Source: Vicugna vicugna (taxonomy: Eukaryota). Taken from it: 64,000 nucleotides of DNA. Under the pieces are notes generated by a model that was given only the letters and a program-made list of their open reading frames with translations, searched no databases and was not told the origin of the DNA. The DNA lies in NCBI GenBank assembly GCA_013265495.1, contig MU058781.1, positions 10,335,009 through 10,399,008 on the forward strand, written 5' to 3'. Each line of letters starts with the position of its first letter. Within the stretch, counting starts at the first letter, position 1. Both the position numbers and the translations under genes were made by a program. Of the stretch, positions 49,900 through 61,160 are shown in pieces.

Positions 49900-52030
49900 T
49901 CAGATTTTAATTTAATCATCCATTCTTATCTCAGATCCTATTCTAGTGTTTGTGATATAATATTGAGATAAACAGTTAAAAAAAAATTCTGACCCTGATG
50001 GAGTTTGTTTCATGAAGAGAAGATAGACAAAGCAATAAATAAAATACATAACTAATCTAAATAGTATGTTAAAAGCCAAGAAGTGCTACAGGAAAAGGAA
50101 AAACAAAGACAAAAATAGCCTAAAGGGAATCAAGGTAGAGAAATGGCAGTTTCAAATAGAGTGTCACAGAAGGCAGCCTCAAGAAGGCAGTATTTGAGCA
50201 AAGGCATGAAGGAGGTGATGGACTATCCATATGGCTGTTAAAGGGAAGAATATTTCAGAGGTAACAGAGTGCAAAGGCTCTTAGGAGAGACTGTGCCTGG
50301 GAATACGGAGATACTGCCGGGAGAATTGGGTGGATTGGATAGATTAAGTGGGGAGGGGGCAGTGAGCAGGGGATGAGATCGGAATGAAATAGGGTCCATG
50401 TCACACGAGATTTTGTAGACCACTGTAAGAATTGTGAGGTTTATTCTGAAGAAAATGGGAAACTATTAGCCTGTTTTCAGCAGAGGGGTCACGTGATCTG
50501 ACCTGTTTGAAAGGCTTTTCTGTGAAAAATAGGCTGGAAAGGGGGAAGGGCAGAAAGAGCAACACTGATTATTCAGAAACTTTGAAAACACTCAGATGAG
50601 AGTTTACGGTGACTTCAACCAGGATATTAGTGGTGGAAATGGTATGAAGTGGTTGGATTCTGGTTCCATTTTGAAGATCGAGACAACAGGATTTCCTGAT
50701 CAAATGCACGTAGGAGTGGGGGGTAAATGGAGACATCAAGAATGACTTTAAAGTTCTTGTCCCCAGCAATTGGAGGGACTTTTTTTTTTTTAAACTATTT
50801 ACTGAGATAAAGGGACAAGTTTGACAAAAACTGAGGCTTAATTTTTTAGTGTATTATATTTGAGATCCTCACTAGACATTCTGTTGGTGATGTCAAACAA
50901 TCATTGGATTCATAAGCCTGGAATGCAGGAGCGAGGTCTGAGCTGAAGTTATAAATAATGGAATGGAACGGAACGGAACGGAACGAAACGAAACGAAACG
51001 AAACGAAACGAAACGAAACGAAATGAAATGAAATGAAATAGTACCATGAACCTGGATGAGATAGCCAAAGAGGGAGGAGAGCTATAAAGAGGAAGAAAGC
51101 CATGGATTAAGTCTTGAGTCACTATGAAGATAAGAGGTGGAGGAGACAGGAGGATTCTGAGAGAGACTGAAAATAAACCACAAGTGAGATAACAGGAAAT
51201 GCAGTGGAACACACTGCCCAGAACACCAAGATAAGTATTTCAAGGAGAATAATGTGGTGAACTCTATGAAATGGTGCTGATAGTTTAATAAGATGAGAAT
51301 TGAGATTTGAACACTGGATTTAAGTGTAGTAGAGATCATCAGTGACCTTTATGAAAAAATTTTAGAGGACAGGAGGGGGAAATCTTTGACTGGAGCAGGC
51401 TTAAGAAAAAATGGGAAGAGAGAACTGGTGATAGCAAATAATGACAACCATTTTGAAGAGAATTTTTACAAAAGGATTCAAAATGGGAGCTACCTGGAGG
51501 GATAGGTAGAGTCAAAAGAAGGTTTCTAAATTTTTTAAAATATAGGTGAAATAATACTATTTTATATTCCAGTGAGAGTAATTCAATACACAAGGAAGGA
51601 GAGAAGAGATTGGGGGGGATGATGTCTTGGAGTAGATGAGCAGGGCTTAGTGAATACGTAGAGAGGCTGACTTTAGACAGAAGCACAAGGAGTTCATCTG
51701 TGTTACCTGAAGTGAACGCGCCAGATTCATCTGGGTGAAGATGCTGTCGGGTGGGGTGGATGTTGTGTTGAAAGGTCATGGAAGTTCTCTGACTGCTTTA
51801 GTTTAACAGTAAAGAAGGAAGCAAGATCATCAGCTGAGAAAGAGGATGACAGGGGAGATTTCAGAAAGGAGGAGAAAGTGTAAAACAGTCATTTATAAGA
51901 GGCCAAAAGTCAACAAAACTGAAATACAGAATGATCACTGGACCAATAAGGCCCACCTGAGACCACTGGTCATGGATTCAACGTTCAATCAGCCTGCAAG
52001 GTTTGTCTCGGGCCATGTTCAGGCATAGAA
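49900..52030 (-). mobile_element. Long L2 (L2a-like) element, about 2.1 kb
   Basis: Continuous antisense L2: TGACCCTGATGGAG, TATTTGAGCAAAG, TTTTGTAGACCACTGTAAG, GAAGTGGTTGGATTCTG, ATCAGTGACCTT, GACTGGAG, GAAGCAAGATCATCAGCTGAG. Confidence 0.88.
50956..51040. repeat. Compound pentanucleotide microsatellite TAATG GAATG (GAACG)4 (AAACG)7 (AAATG)3 AAATA
   Basis: Counted directly; gives the FVSFR repeats in the minus-strand ORFs. Confidence 0.97.
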
Positions 52031-53074
52031 TAAACAAAATGTGCAAAGAATTTTGTGATCCTTATTTTTCTGATATTTAATGTGGCCTTTTGTCAGAGCT
52101 CATACTCCTTAAAGCAAGGAGTAAGAATAACCTATCTTCCTATTCAGTTAAGATGGTTCTGTCCCTTCCAAATAGTTAGCAATCCCTTTAGACGGTGAAG
52201 GTTGCATGGGATAAGATGCCTCTCAGATGGTTTCCCCACTGCATATCTTCCTGAAGTGGCCTGGTGTATGGAGTGTAGCTTATTTGATCTCAGGGTAGTA
52301 GAGAAGATGTGTGTCCTTCAGCTGAGCTCTCTCCTTCTTCCTGTGCCGTCCCTGATCTCCTAGATTGTCATATGCCCCGAATGTAAGGATGACTTTGCCC
52401 AACGTGCACATGTAGGTAGGAATGACCATGGGAGGGCAGTCTACACTTCAGCTGTACTACAGAGCTGGGAGTCATGAGGGTGAGGGCTGCGCCTTCTTCT
52501 CATTTCCCATTTAGAACTCTGGGTAGTACCACTCCCCAGGCTGCACCACATCTACCTGGAGCAAGGTCCCAAATTAGTAGAAAGCAGAGGGAAGTTAAAT
52601 TAGCCTCATTGAACCACTGCAGGGTTCCTCTGGGCGTGGGCACCTCTTTGGGAACAAGTAGAATATCCACAGGACTGTGTGGCTGTGGAAGGGGATTTTC
52701 TAGCAGAGGCTGGTCAGCACTGGCTAATGGGCTGGATGAGGGACTAAGCAGAGGGTCTGTGGTGCAGCCAGCAGGAGCCTATTTGAAGCTCAGCCAGGAG
52801 CACTGTTAGTAACATGGAGCTTTTATTCTACTGTAAATGTAGGTAGAGTCTAATGGATTTTAATTAGGTAGAAGAACAACTGAAGGGATGCTTTGGAGAA
52901 GATCTAATGGAAAAGTTAGCATTTTGAGCTAGACTCTGAAGGATAATAAATAGCAATGAATGAAACACATCCACAGCAGCAGGAAGGTCAGCGGAATTAG
53001 AAAGAATGGGGCAAGTGGGAATAATATCAAGGTGTCTGCTATTTGCACAAGGGCATTGGAAGACCACAGGACTT

Positions 53075-53232
53075 GTAAACAGACTCATACAAATCCTGCT
53101 TCTTTCATTTATTCTCTGCAAGAACCTACCAGAGATAGTTAACCTCTGCACCTTTGTCTCCCTAAGTAAGAAACAAAAATAATTTTGTATTATCTTTCAA
53201 GATTGCTGTTAGGACTAAATGAGACAATTTAG

Positions 53233-53273
<41 letters not shown>

Positions 53274-53345
53274 CATATACACATATATACGTATATATAT
53301 ATATAACTTAGTGCCAAGAGGGTCTTCATAAATGCTACATGAGAA
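53075..53345 (+). mobile_element. MIR interrupted by a (CA)n(TA)n microsatellite (about 53233-53305)
   Basis: CAAATCCTGCTTCT..AGTTAACCTCTCTG..GATTGCTGTTAGGACTAAATGAGACAAT [STR] ACTTAGTGCC..ATAAATGCTA. Confidence 0.75.
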
Positions 53346-53429
53346 GTAGTCACGGAAATGAGGTTTGATGTAAAGTTTGGAATGAAATCAGGCCAGGACT
53401 TCAAAATCATGATAAATATCCACACTAGA

Positions 53430-54056
53430 TGTTACACCATAGGTGATGTTGATGTGGTGAAAGTTTATGAGTTGAGAATATTACCTTGATCTCAGCCAAA
53501 GACTACCAGGAACATAGCTTTGATTTGTAGCTTTTTGCCGTGAGTGACTATGAGGTGTTTCAGTAAGAGAATGTTAGAATTGATAAGATTTGAGTGTGAG
53601 CTAGGTTAATTTGGGGGAGGAGGTTGGGCTTTTTCTCTGGATTAAATGTTGTCATGAAGTGGGGTAAAATTGGGTATCTTTATAAACACAATCTAGGAGG
53701 ACAGAATTACAGCAAGGATAAAGCTATAATAGGTAAAGAAGCAGCAGTCACACATTTAAGCCAGTATATGGGCTGTTGGTCATTTTTGAAGTTTGGACAA
53801 TGCTAGTGTTTTTCTCTGTGTTGAGCCAAGACTGCCAAGTGATCTGGATTTTGTCTTCCTCCATCAGGGTCCAGAGTAGCCTTGTCCGATCAGCCTTGTC
53901 TGATTGTCTGATATCAATGCTCTATGAAGTTGTGTATGTTCAATAGGAGAACATTAAGATCTAGCCGTGAATGCCAGAGCAGCATCCAGCAACACCAAGA
54001 TCTAACAAATAGTACCAGGCCAGCTCCCAGATGTCTGGGCTGCTTCTTCCTGCTCA
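53430..54056 (-). mobile_element. ERVL solo LTR (MER76/MER74-like)
   Basis: TG...CA termini; GGTAAAGAAGCAGCAGTCAC, TTTGGACAATG, TAGTACCAGGCCAGCTCCCAGATGTC..GGGCTGCTT..CTCA. Confidence 0.7.
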
Positions 54057-56598
54057 ACCGTAAGGTCAGAGATGTGTGTTCTAAGAAATACACATAAATT
54101 TGATGGACAGGAGAGAAACCAGAACTGGATGCTCTTGTATCAGATGAATGAAAATGAGAACCAAAGAGAATGTCTGGGAGAACAGCTATTCATCCCCCAA
54201 ACTGGATTACTTATCTATCAGAAATGGTTTAAATGGGATTCTTGGGATGTGTGGTTAGTTGGCCAGAAGTTCTAAGTCCTCTTCAATGCTTCAGTTTCAC
54301 AGTTCTATTTGTTCCCTTAATATACTTTATCAAAGAAGGGTTTTCTATTGTGATGGTGGGTTTAACCACTTGGAGCCATTCAAATTGTCGACTTAGAATA
54401 ATACTTATCAACCCTCTTTCTCCAGAGACCCAGAGTCTTGCAAACTTCCTGAGATACCATCTCAGATGGGCAAGGGGAGAAGAAATTAACAGGGTTTTGC
54501 CCTCCCACCTAATACCAGCCATGAACAATCTCCCTTTATTTCTATCATATATCAAGTCTTTTGTAAGACTTTATTTAAAAAAAAAAAAACAGGCACTGCC
54601 TCCTGACATTTCATTGCATGCATTATCTAAAAATCTCCATTCTGGGCAGAGCTAATTGTAGGCAGGTCTGGCTGTTCCTTCCTAGCAGGCTGTTTAAATG
54701 TAAATGTTTGTCCTGACTCAGCCTTTGCCTATGGTTATAGCAACGCTTTGTGGAAATGGGAACAATTATTCAATCTCAGCATTCATAGCAGCAATCACTT
54801 TGGTAGTTTTTTGCCTCATTATGCTCCCAGTACGCTCTGTTATTAAGCAGAATGGTTTAAATGAAGAAATGATTATAGCCAGGGAAATGGCGTGTCAGTA
54901 GTAGGTGCTTAATAAGCCCATTGGTCTTCTAGCTTGATACTAATATTTTATCTATTAAAAGATACATGCAGGCAAGCAGACTTCTTGAGCTGTTTAGAAA
55001 TGGAAGTCTGGTGTCGGTTTTCATGCTTTCACATTACTAACACTGCAAATACACTTACATAAATTTTGTGTAAACAGAAGGCAATCTATTGCTGACCCAC
55101 AGTGCTACTTGTACAGAGCTTGACTGTGCATTCTAGGTAGGTCACTCACCAACATAATCTTTTGTGCACATTGTAAGTACTATGTTGCTTTTGGTTATTT
55201 ACTTCTGGTGTTTATCATCAAGTACCTACATTATTATAAAGTACCTACAGAAACTGACAAATGAATTCTCTTCCCCTTTGATCTAAAATCAGTCTTGTAT
55301 GTACATGCTGGCCAACATCTACATAGTAAGTTTGGTGCAGTTTCTGGCAGCATATTGAATTAAGAAAGGTACTCATATTAAATTTGTTCAAGGATTGACT
55401 GTAGGTTCTAGAATGAAAATTGAACTTATTAAGGATACATAGGAGGTTATGATCCCATGATGTGTTTGATCAGCCTCATACCTCTGACAACCTTGATCAC
55501 CGTCTAAAAGGTAAGCTCAGTACTGGGTCTCCAATGTTCTCCTTTTCTCTTATTCCCATAGTGACCTAACCCAAGTCTCTCCTGACTTTATGTTTCATTG
55601 CATTCTTCTTACTTAATACCTTTCTTCTAGAATTCCTGTTTCCTTGTAAATGAGTACCACTGCCATTGTTAATCTATTCAAAACGTACATCTCACATCTC
55701 CTAGCTTTAACTGACACATGACTGTGGAAAGCAGTTTCTCTCGAGCAGCGGCACATGCTTCCTTTACCCCCATAAACACCCGGTTTCAGAGCTTGGTTCA
55801 GTGTCCACCTGGACCCTGAGACCCCTTTCAGATCTTCACTTTTTAAAACTAGAGCAACAGTCAAGTGTCTGCCAGCCCCCAAATCCTACTTAGAAAATCA
55901 TGATCCCCACATTTATGCAGTAAAGCAAAACTTAATAGAATCCCTGAGCTTCCTTTTCACATTTGATTAAATTAGGGAAGGCCACCAACTCAAAGAGCAG
56001 TCAATTGATGAGCTGACCAGAGACTGAAGATAGAGACTAGAAGAAAAAAAGAAAGGAAAGGCCAAGCAAATTCCCTCTCTGAATAACTTGAATGACTCAT
56101 AGAAATCACTGGAAATTCAGAAGTTAGGAAGGCAATTTAAAATGCAGATCATTGGACATCCTGCCTTTAAGAATAAGGAAATCAAGGAGAAGTTGGTGAG
56201 GTTTGAAAATTACACTTTTGTCTTACTATCACAAGCAAAGTGTGAAATAAAAGAAAAATAAAGTTAGACTGATGAAGGTGGAGAAAGAGCTATGTCTACA
56301 GAAAAAAGTATGAGATTTGGGAATATTTGCAGAACAGGTATGTAAAGAAAAAGGAGACCTTGAACACAAAACTGTGCAGGAAAAAAAGCAGAGTAGAGAT
56401 TGAGTGCAGGCAAGTCTTAATTCCTCTTGAAGAGAGTATCAGGCAGGGGTAAGCTGATTTAGCGGATATTAAATCCAGAATAGAGACTGGGCCCCTGAAG
56501 ACATTTATCAAGAGGGAGAAAAAAAGTCTCCATTGATAACCTGGAATTACTCCTCAGAGGTAATCCAAATACACGAAACAGTTGAGTGATAGTCTTTT

Positions 56599-56765
56599 TA
56601 AAATTGTTTTGTCCAACTATTTTTAAGTTTTTTTAATTTGCTTTTTATTAATTATTTTTTCATCTTTTCTGCGGGTAGGTAATTAGGTTATTCATTTTGA
56701 TTGAACCCAGGACCTCAGGCATGCTAGGCGTGCATTCTACCACTGAGCTATACCCTCACCCCCTT
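56599..56765 (-). mobile_element. tRNA-derived camelid SINE (Vic-1-like) with TSD
   Basis: Minus strand GGGGGTGAGGGTATAGCTCAGTGGTAGAATGCACGCCTAGCATGCCTGAGGTCCTGGGTTCAATC (A box TAGCTCAGTGG, B box GGTTCAATC), CCTAATTACC motif, A-rich tail; TSD AGTGATAGTCTTTT (56585-56598) / AGGGATAGTCTCTT (56766-56779). Confidence 0.9.
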
Positions 56766-57049
56766 AGGGATAGTCTCTTAATAGCTCAAATAGCTCAAAA
56801 TAAGAGCTATCAAGAAACTACCTCTTTAAGACTGGGGACCTATTCCAAGTGGTTACATAAAGTCTGGGATGATTTGAGACGTAAAGACAAATACCAGCAT
56901 GCAATTATTAAAGCATTCGTTTGTGAGCTTCAAATATTGTATATGGGGATACAGCTATTGCCTAGAGGAATACACCCTAAAAATGTATGGAATCAAGATT
57001 ATAAAGGCATAGAGAAGATTAGACACGTTTGTGGACAGTGATGAGTATT

Positions 57050-57440
57050 GTCAATGTTAGATTGAGTCTAGGCCTCTCTGGGTATTAGTCTAATGGCTAC
57101 TGCATTTATAGGATGTTGGTTATCCATGTTTGTCCTTGTGTGGTGGGAGATTTAGAATGTTGATCAAGATGAATGCTTTATATGTAGGAATTGAGTCTAC
57201 ATTCCAGGAAGAAAAATGGTGAAATAGTGATGGGCAAAGGACAGGTAGAGCAGGCGTGTTATGTCTGACTTCTTTTAAAAGCTCTTTGAACCCCCACTCT
57301 ACAATATCTGCATACATCTCTTCAGCCAGAATTGGTTCTCATGGCCAGTCTTTCTGTGAAAGAGTCTGAGAAGTAAGTAGTTTAGCAAAATTGAGGTTCT
57401 ATTAACAAGATGGAAATAACAGATACTATGTTACAGTAAA
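57050..57440 (-). mobile_element. Old MaLR LTR (MLT1I/J-like)
   Basis: TCTGCATACATCTCTTCAGCCAGAATTGGTTCTCATGGCCA..GAGTCTGAGAAG..AAAATTGAGGTTCTATTA. Confidence 0.6.
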
Positions 57441-57607
57441 AATTGTGTGAACAATTATTGCTTTTAGCAAAATTAGGACTCATTTATTCTACGTCTCTCA
57501 ATATGAATGATCATAGAAGACAAAGTTATTAAAGTATGTTAGCAAAAGAAACGTCAGGGCCAGAAGACAAGAAGAAAGGAAAAGATAGGAGACACTGAGA
57601 TCTAGTC

Positions 57608-57630
57608 AAAAAAAAAAAAAAAAAAAAAAA
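57608..57630 (+). repeat. Poly(A)23 tract
   Basis: Counted directly. Confidence 0.95.
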
Positions 57631-59600
57631 GTCAGCCCTACACGAGGCTGGTTTGTGGGTTAAAACTAAAAAAGTAGGTTTAACTATCTAAAATGCAGCT
57701 GAGCTTTCCTCAAAGGAGTAAGGACTCTATGAGGGATGCAGACAGTTGGAGCCACATTTCACTACTGCATAAAAGTATGTATCCCTCGCCAAATCCTGCT
57801 CAAAACCTAAAGCATTAAAGAAAATTAAGTAAAGACAGCACCTTAAAGAGCAGATAGCTGACTTACTGGTAGTTATCAGCGCTCTAGGGGTGTGGGTTTC
57901 ATAACCGTGAACAGCAGCTTCCTTTAAGTAATTTGCTGAGGATGCTTCTCCAGCTGGGGGACGGGGACTCTGCCTTGGAGACCCAAAGCAATTACACTGC
58001 AAGCATCAGTGGATGCAAGAAGCTATGATGAAACTGGAGAAAAAAGCCTTCTCATCAAGAAAGTGTTGAGAGGAGGTGGTGGTGGGAGGGTGGGTTGTTA
58101 CCACATAAATTCCACATCCAGTACAGCAGCAGGACACACGCTAGTCAATGTTCAAAGAAAAACTAAAAATTAAGATATTTTGAATGTGCTAGATGAAGAT
58201 CAACCCTGAAGAATAAGCCTACCACCACGGGAAATTTTGAACTCCCCAAGATAGCAGGATTATCCTAATTCTACCCACTGAGAGAAAAGAATTGTTCTTC
58301 AAGACAGAGAACTGAAATACTGCCGTAATTTATTCCATGGTGAGATATTTCTCCTTATTGAATTTTAATCCACAAGTCTTGAAGGCTAGACCCCTGGATA
58401 GAATAATTGGCAAAGCGGTAAGCCTGAAATAAAGACAGTTCTTGATTTTATCTATCCTCCATTGCTCAGATATCATTAAGTCTTAGGCAAGAGTAATATG
58501 GGTATGGTTTAATTTTGTTTGGAAACTTCCTTTTGTTTGGGGCAACTGCTCTCAGGCCCAGGGATTGGCTTACTGTCTTCATTTTGTTAGTGTGTGGCTT
58601 AATGCTAAGATATTCCTTTGTTCTCAAGGTATACTTTAGACTTCTCGCCAATTGGGGCACACAGACTTGGCAGGGATGAGCCAGTCTCAGAGGCACTGCA
58701 GAGCTACATCCTTTCCAGGGAGACAGATAGGTTGAAGCTGTTGAAATTCTTCAACTTCACTCTGGCATCTGCTTTAGAATTCTGCTCTCTGGCTGAGAAT
58801 TAGGATTTTTAAAAATTGGCAAAAATGATTTCTGGACTAAAATATAGACTTCGGACTTTTCTTTGAACTTAATATTTAAAGGCAAGATAATTTTGTTTTG
58901 GAATTTGTTTTACTTACATATTTATTAGCTTGAAAATTTTGATCTTTGATTTCTGTGGACTTAGATTTGTAGGATCTTATTCTAGCATTTTCATTTCTCC
59001 CAGGTATATGATAATGAGTGGTGTTTATATTTAAATTTGGGATACCTCTGTATTGCTGACATCTTGGTATTAGAATGTTTTTATGCTGGCACTTGATTTA
59101 ATGGAGTAACTTCTGGTGGAGTCATACAGTGTGGCTGGGCATACTTTAAGAATAAGTAAAATGAAAATAAGGAATACTTTTCTGCTTAAGGAAAAGCAGG
59201 GTCTTCACTTAATATATGGTACTGACCCTGTGAGGCAAAAGCTAAACTTCTCCTGGGAGCAAAAGGAAACCCAAACAGCAGTCGTGGGTATTTGGGGCAT
59301 GGACTCAGAAGGGACGAATGAAATGGTCTTCATAGAATGTTGCTTGCCTCTTCTGGGAGGGATGTCCACCCAGCCAGTGGAACACAGACCCAAGAGTTAA
59401 GCACTATTGATTAAGAAAATAACAAGCTGAGATGCAACTGGAAGAATTTCTAGTTTTCTGACCTCATTTTTTGATGTAGGAGGGCTTCCACTAAAGTAAG
59501 ACACCTGGTCTATCTGTCTACTCTCACGTGTTATCTTTCATTAGAGAAATGTATAATTAGGGAGGTACAAAAGAAATATTTGGGCATGACTAGCCCAGCT

Positions 59601-60045
59601 TGTAGTGAATTGAATAGTACCACTTCCCTCCCAATTCACGTCCACCCAGAATCTAAGAATGAAAGCTTTTTTTCGATATAGTTATTTCATATATAATCAA
59701 GTTAAACTGAGGTCATCCTGGATTAGGGTGTGACCTAAATCCAATGACTAGTGTCCTTATAATAAGAAGAGAGGGCACACTGAGACTTCAGGGGAGAAAA
59801 CCATACATAGAAAGAGGCACAGCTTACAGTGACACAGCTACAAGCCAAGGAAGAGTAAGAATTGTTAGAATATGCCAAAAGCTAGATGGAAGCAAGAAAG
59901 ACTCTTCTCGCGAGTCTTCAGAGAAGCATGGCCTACCTGACACACTAATTTCAGACCTCTACTCTTCAGAGCTGTGTGGGAATAAAGATTTCTTGTTTTA
60001 AGCCATCAGGTTTGTGGTAATTTGTTACATCAACCCCGGGAAGCA
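59601..60045 (+). mobile_element. MaLR solo LTR (MLT1B/C-like)
   Basis: TGTAGTGAATTGAATAGT, GAGGTCATCCTGGATTAGGGTG..CCTAAATCCAATGAC, CAAGCCAAGGAA, GTTTTAAGCCA..GTTTGTGGTAATTTGTTAC. Confidence 0.9.
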
Positions 60046-60964
60046 GCTCTATCATCTCTCTTTTTGGACTGAGGTCTGCCTGCAAGAAACAGACATTCTA
60101 GTCTGTTCTCTGCCACATGGTCATCTACTGGAGTCTGTGATGAGTGTTGAATTTGTCTAATTCAGGTTTAATAATTAACTTCCCCAAACACAATTAATAA
60201 TTAGCATTTAATATATAAATATATTTAATAACTTTAAAGTACCAATATATAGAAACAATTTTCATAGGAAAATGGATATATTTTCTAATCAAACTGAACA
60301 AAAAAGTATTGCCTAAAATAAAGCCTGCACATTGACTACTTTTTCATCATGGCTTGTGTTTACAGTCTCTCTTTATAACTTGTGAGACTACAAAGCCTGC
60401 CTTTCAAATACCGGTGAATTTGTAAGGGAAAATAGGTTTTAAAAATGTAGCAACACCACCTAGATTCTCAGTTCTACAAGGAGAAATGAATCTATTCTGT
60501 ATTGCCCTCCCTGGGGGAAATGGCAAAAGGGGAAAATGCAAAGGAGCTATATCATTATATGATACACCAGGCATTGTTAGTATTGTAAACCGACGTGTTA
60601 AATCCCCCACTTTAGTGTTACGATTTCTTCTCTACTACTCTCTAGTTCTGTTGAATGAGAGATTGCCTGTCCTCTCTTTAGACACAAAATAAGTTGGAGA
60701 GGCTGTCTTAAAAAGCATAATTAAACATAAACCTTATTACAATAATTGAAGATATAAAGATATACACAAATAAATGTATTTATGTATAATGGTTGTAAAT
60801 AGTGATATTTTACACATATTTGTAAATGAATGCATTACATTATTTGAGTCAAATGTTAAATTTCACCTTGCATTTTGTTTTACTACATCTGTTCAAACTG
60901 AAGCTTAAGCATACCTTCTGGGTCATGTGATTCTGAATAAAAGGTTCCTTCGTGTTAAACAACT

Positions 60965-61160
60965 CACCAAGAACAGTTCTGCCTCTATTAAAACACCACA
61001 CACTGTATTACAATCATTCATTCATCTGACTTCCCCTCTAAGAGAAATAAAGGCTAGTGTCTTGTCTGTATAATTTAGCATTATGCCTTAAAGCCTACTA
61101 TAAAGTGGGTGTTGAACAGATATTTTGTAAATTTTAGGGGAAAAAAATGAATGGATTGAT
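60965..61160 (+). mobile_element. L2 3' end
   Basis: ATCTGACTTCCCCTCTAAGA..GTGTCTTGT..TAGCATTATGCCT..ATGAATGGATTGATG. Confidence 0.55.

Noticed and set aside
50956..51040. CRISPR-like or satellite array
   Set aside because: 5-bp units with no spacers; a simple microsatellite in eukaryotic DNA
50846..51779. Cluster of minus-strand ORFs including a 146-aa one and FVSFR repeats
   Set aside because: All lie within the L2 element and the pentamer microsatellite
54233..54655. 140-aa ORF
   Set aside because: No recognisable homology, it runs through an A-tract, and it has no exon structure support
56697..56763. tRNA gene
   Set aside because: Only the tRNA-derived SINE head: the 3' acceptor stem is absent and it is followed by SINE body, tail and TSD
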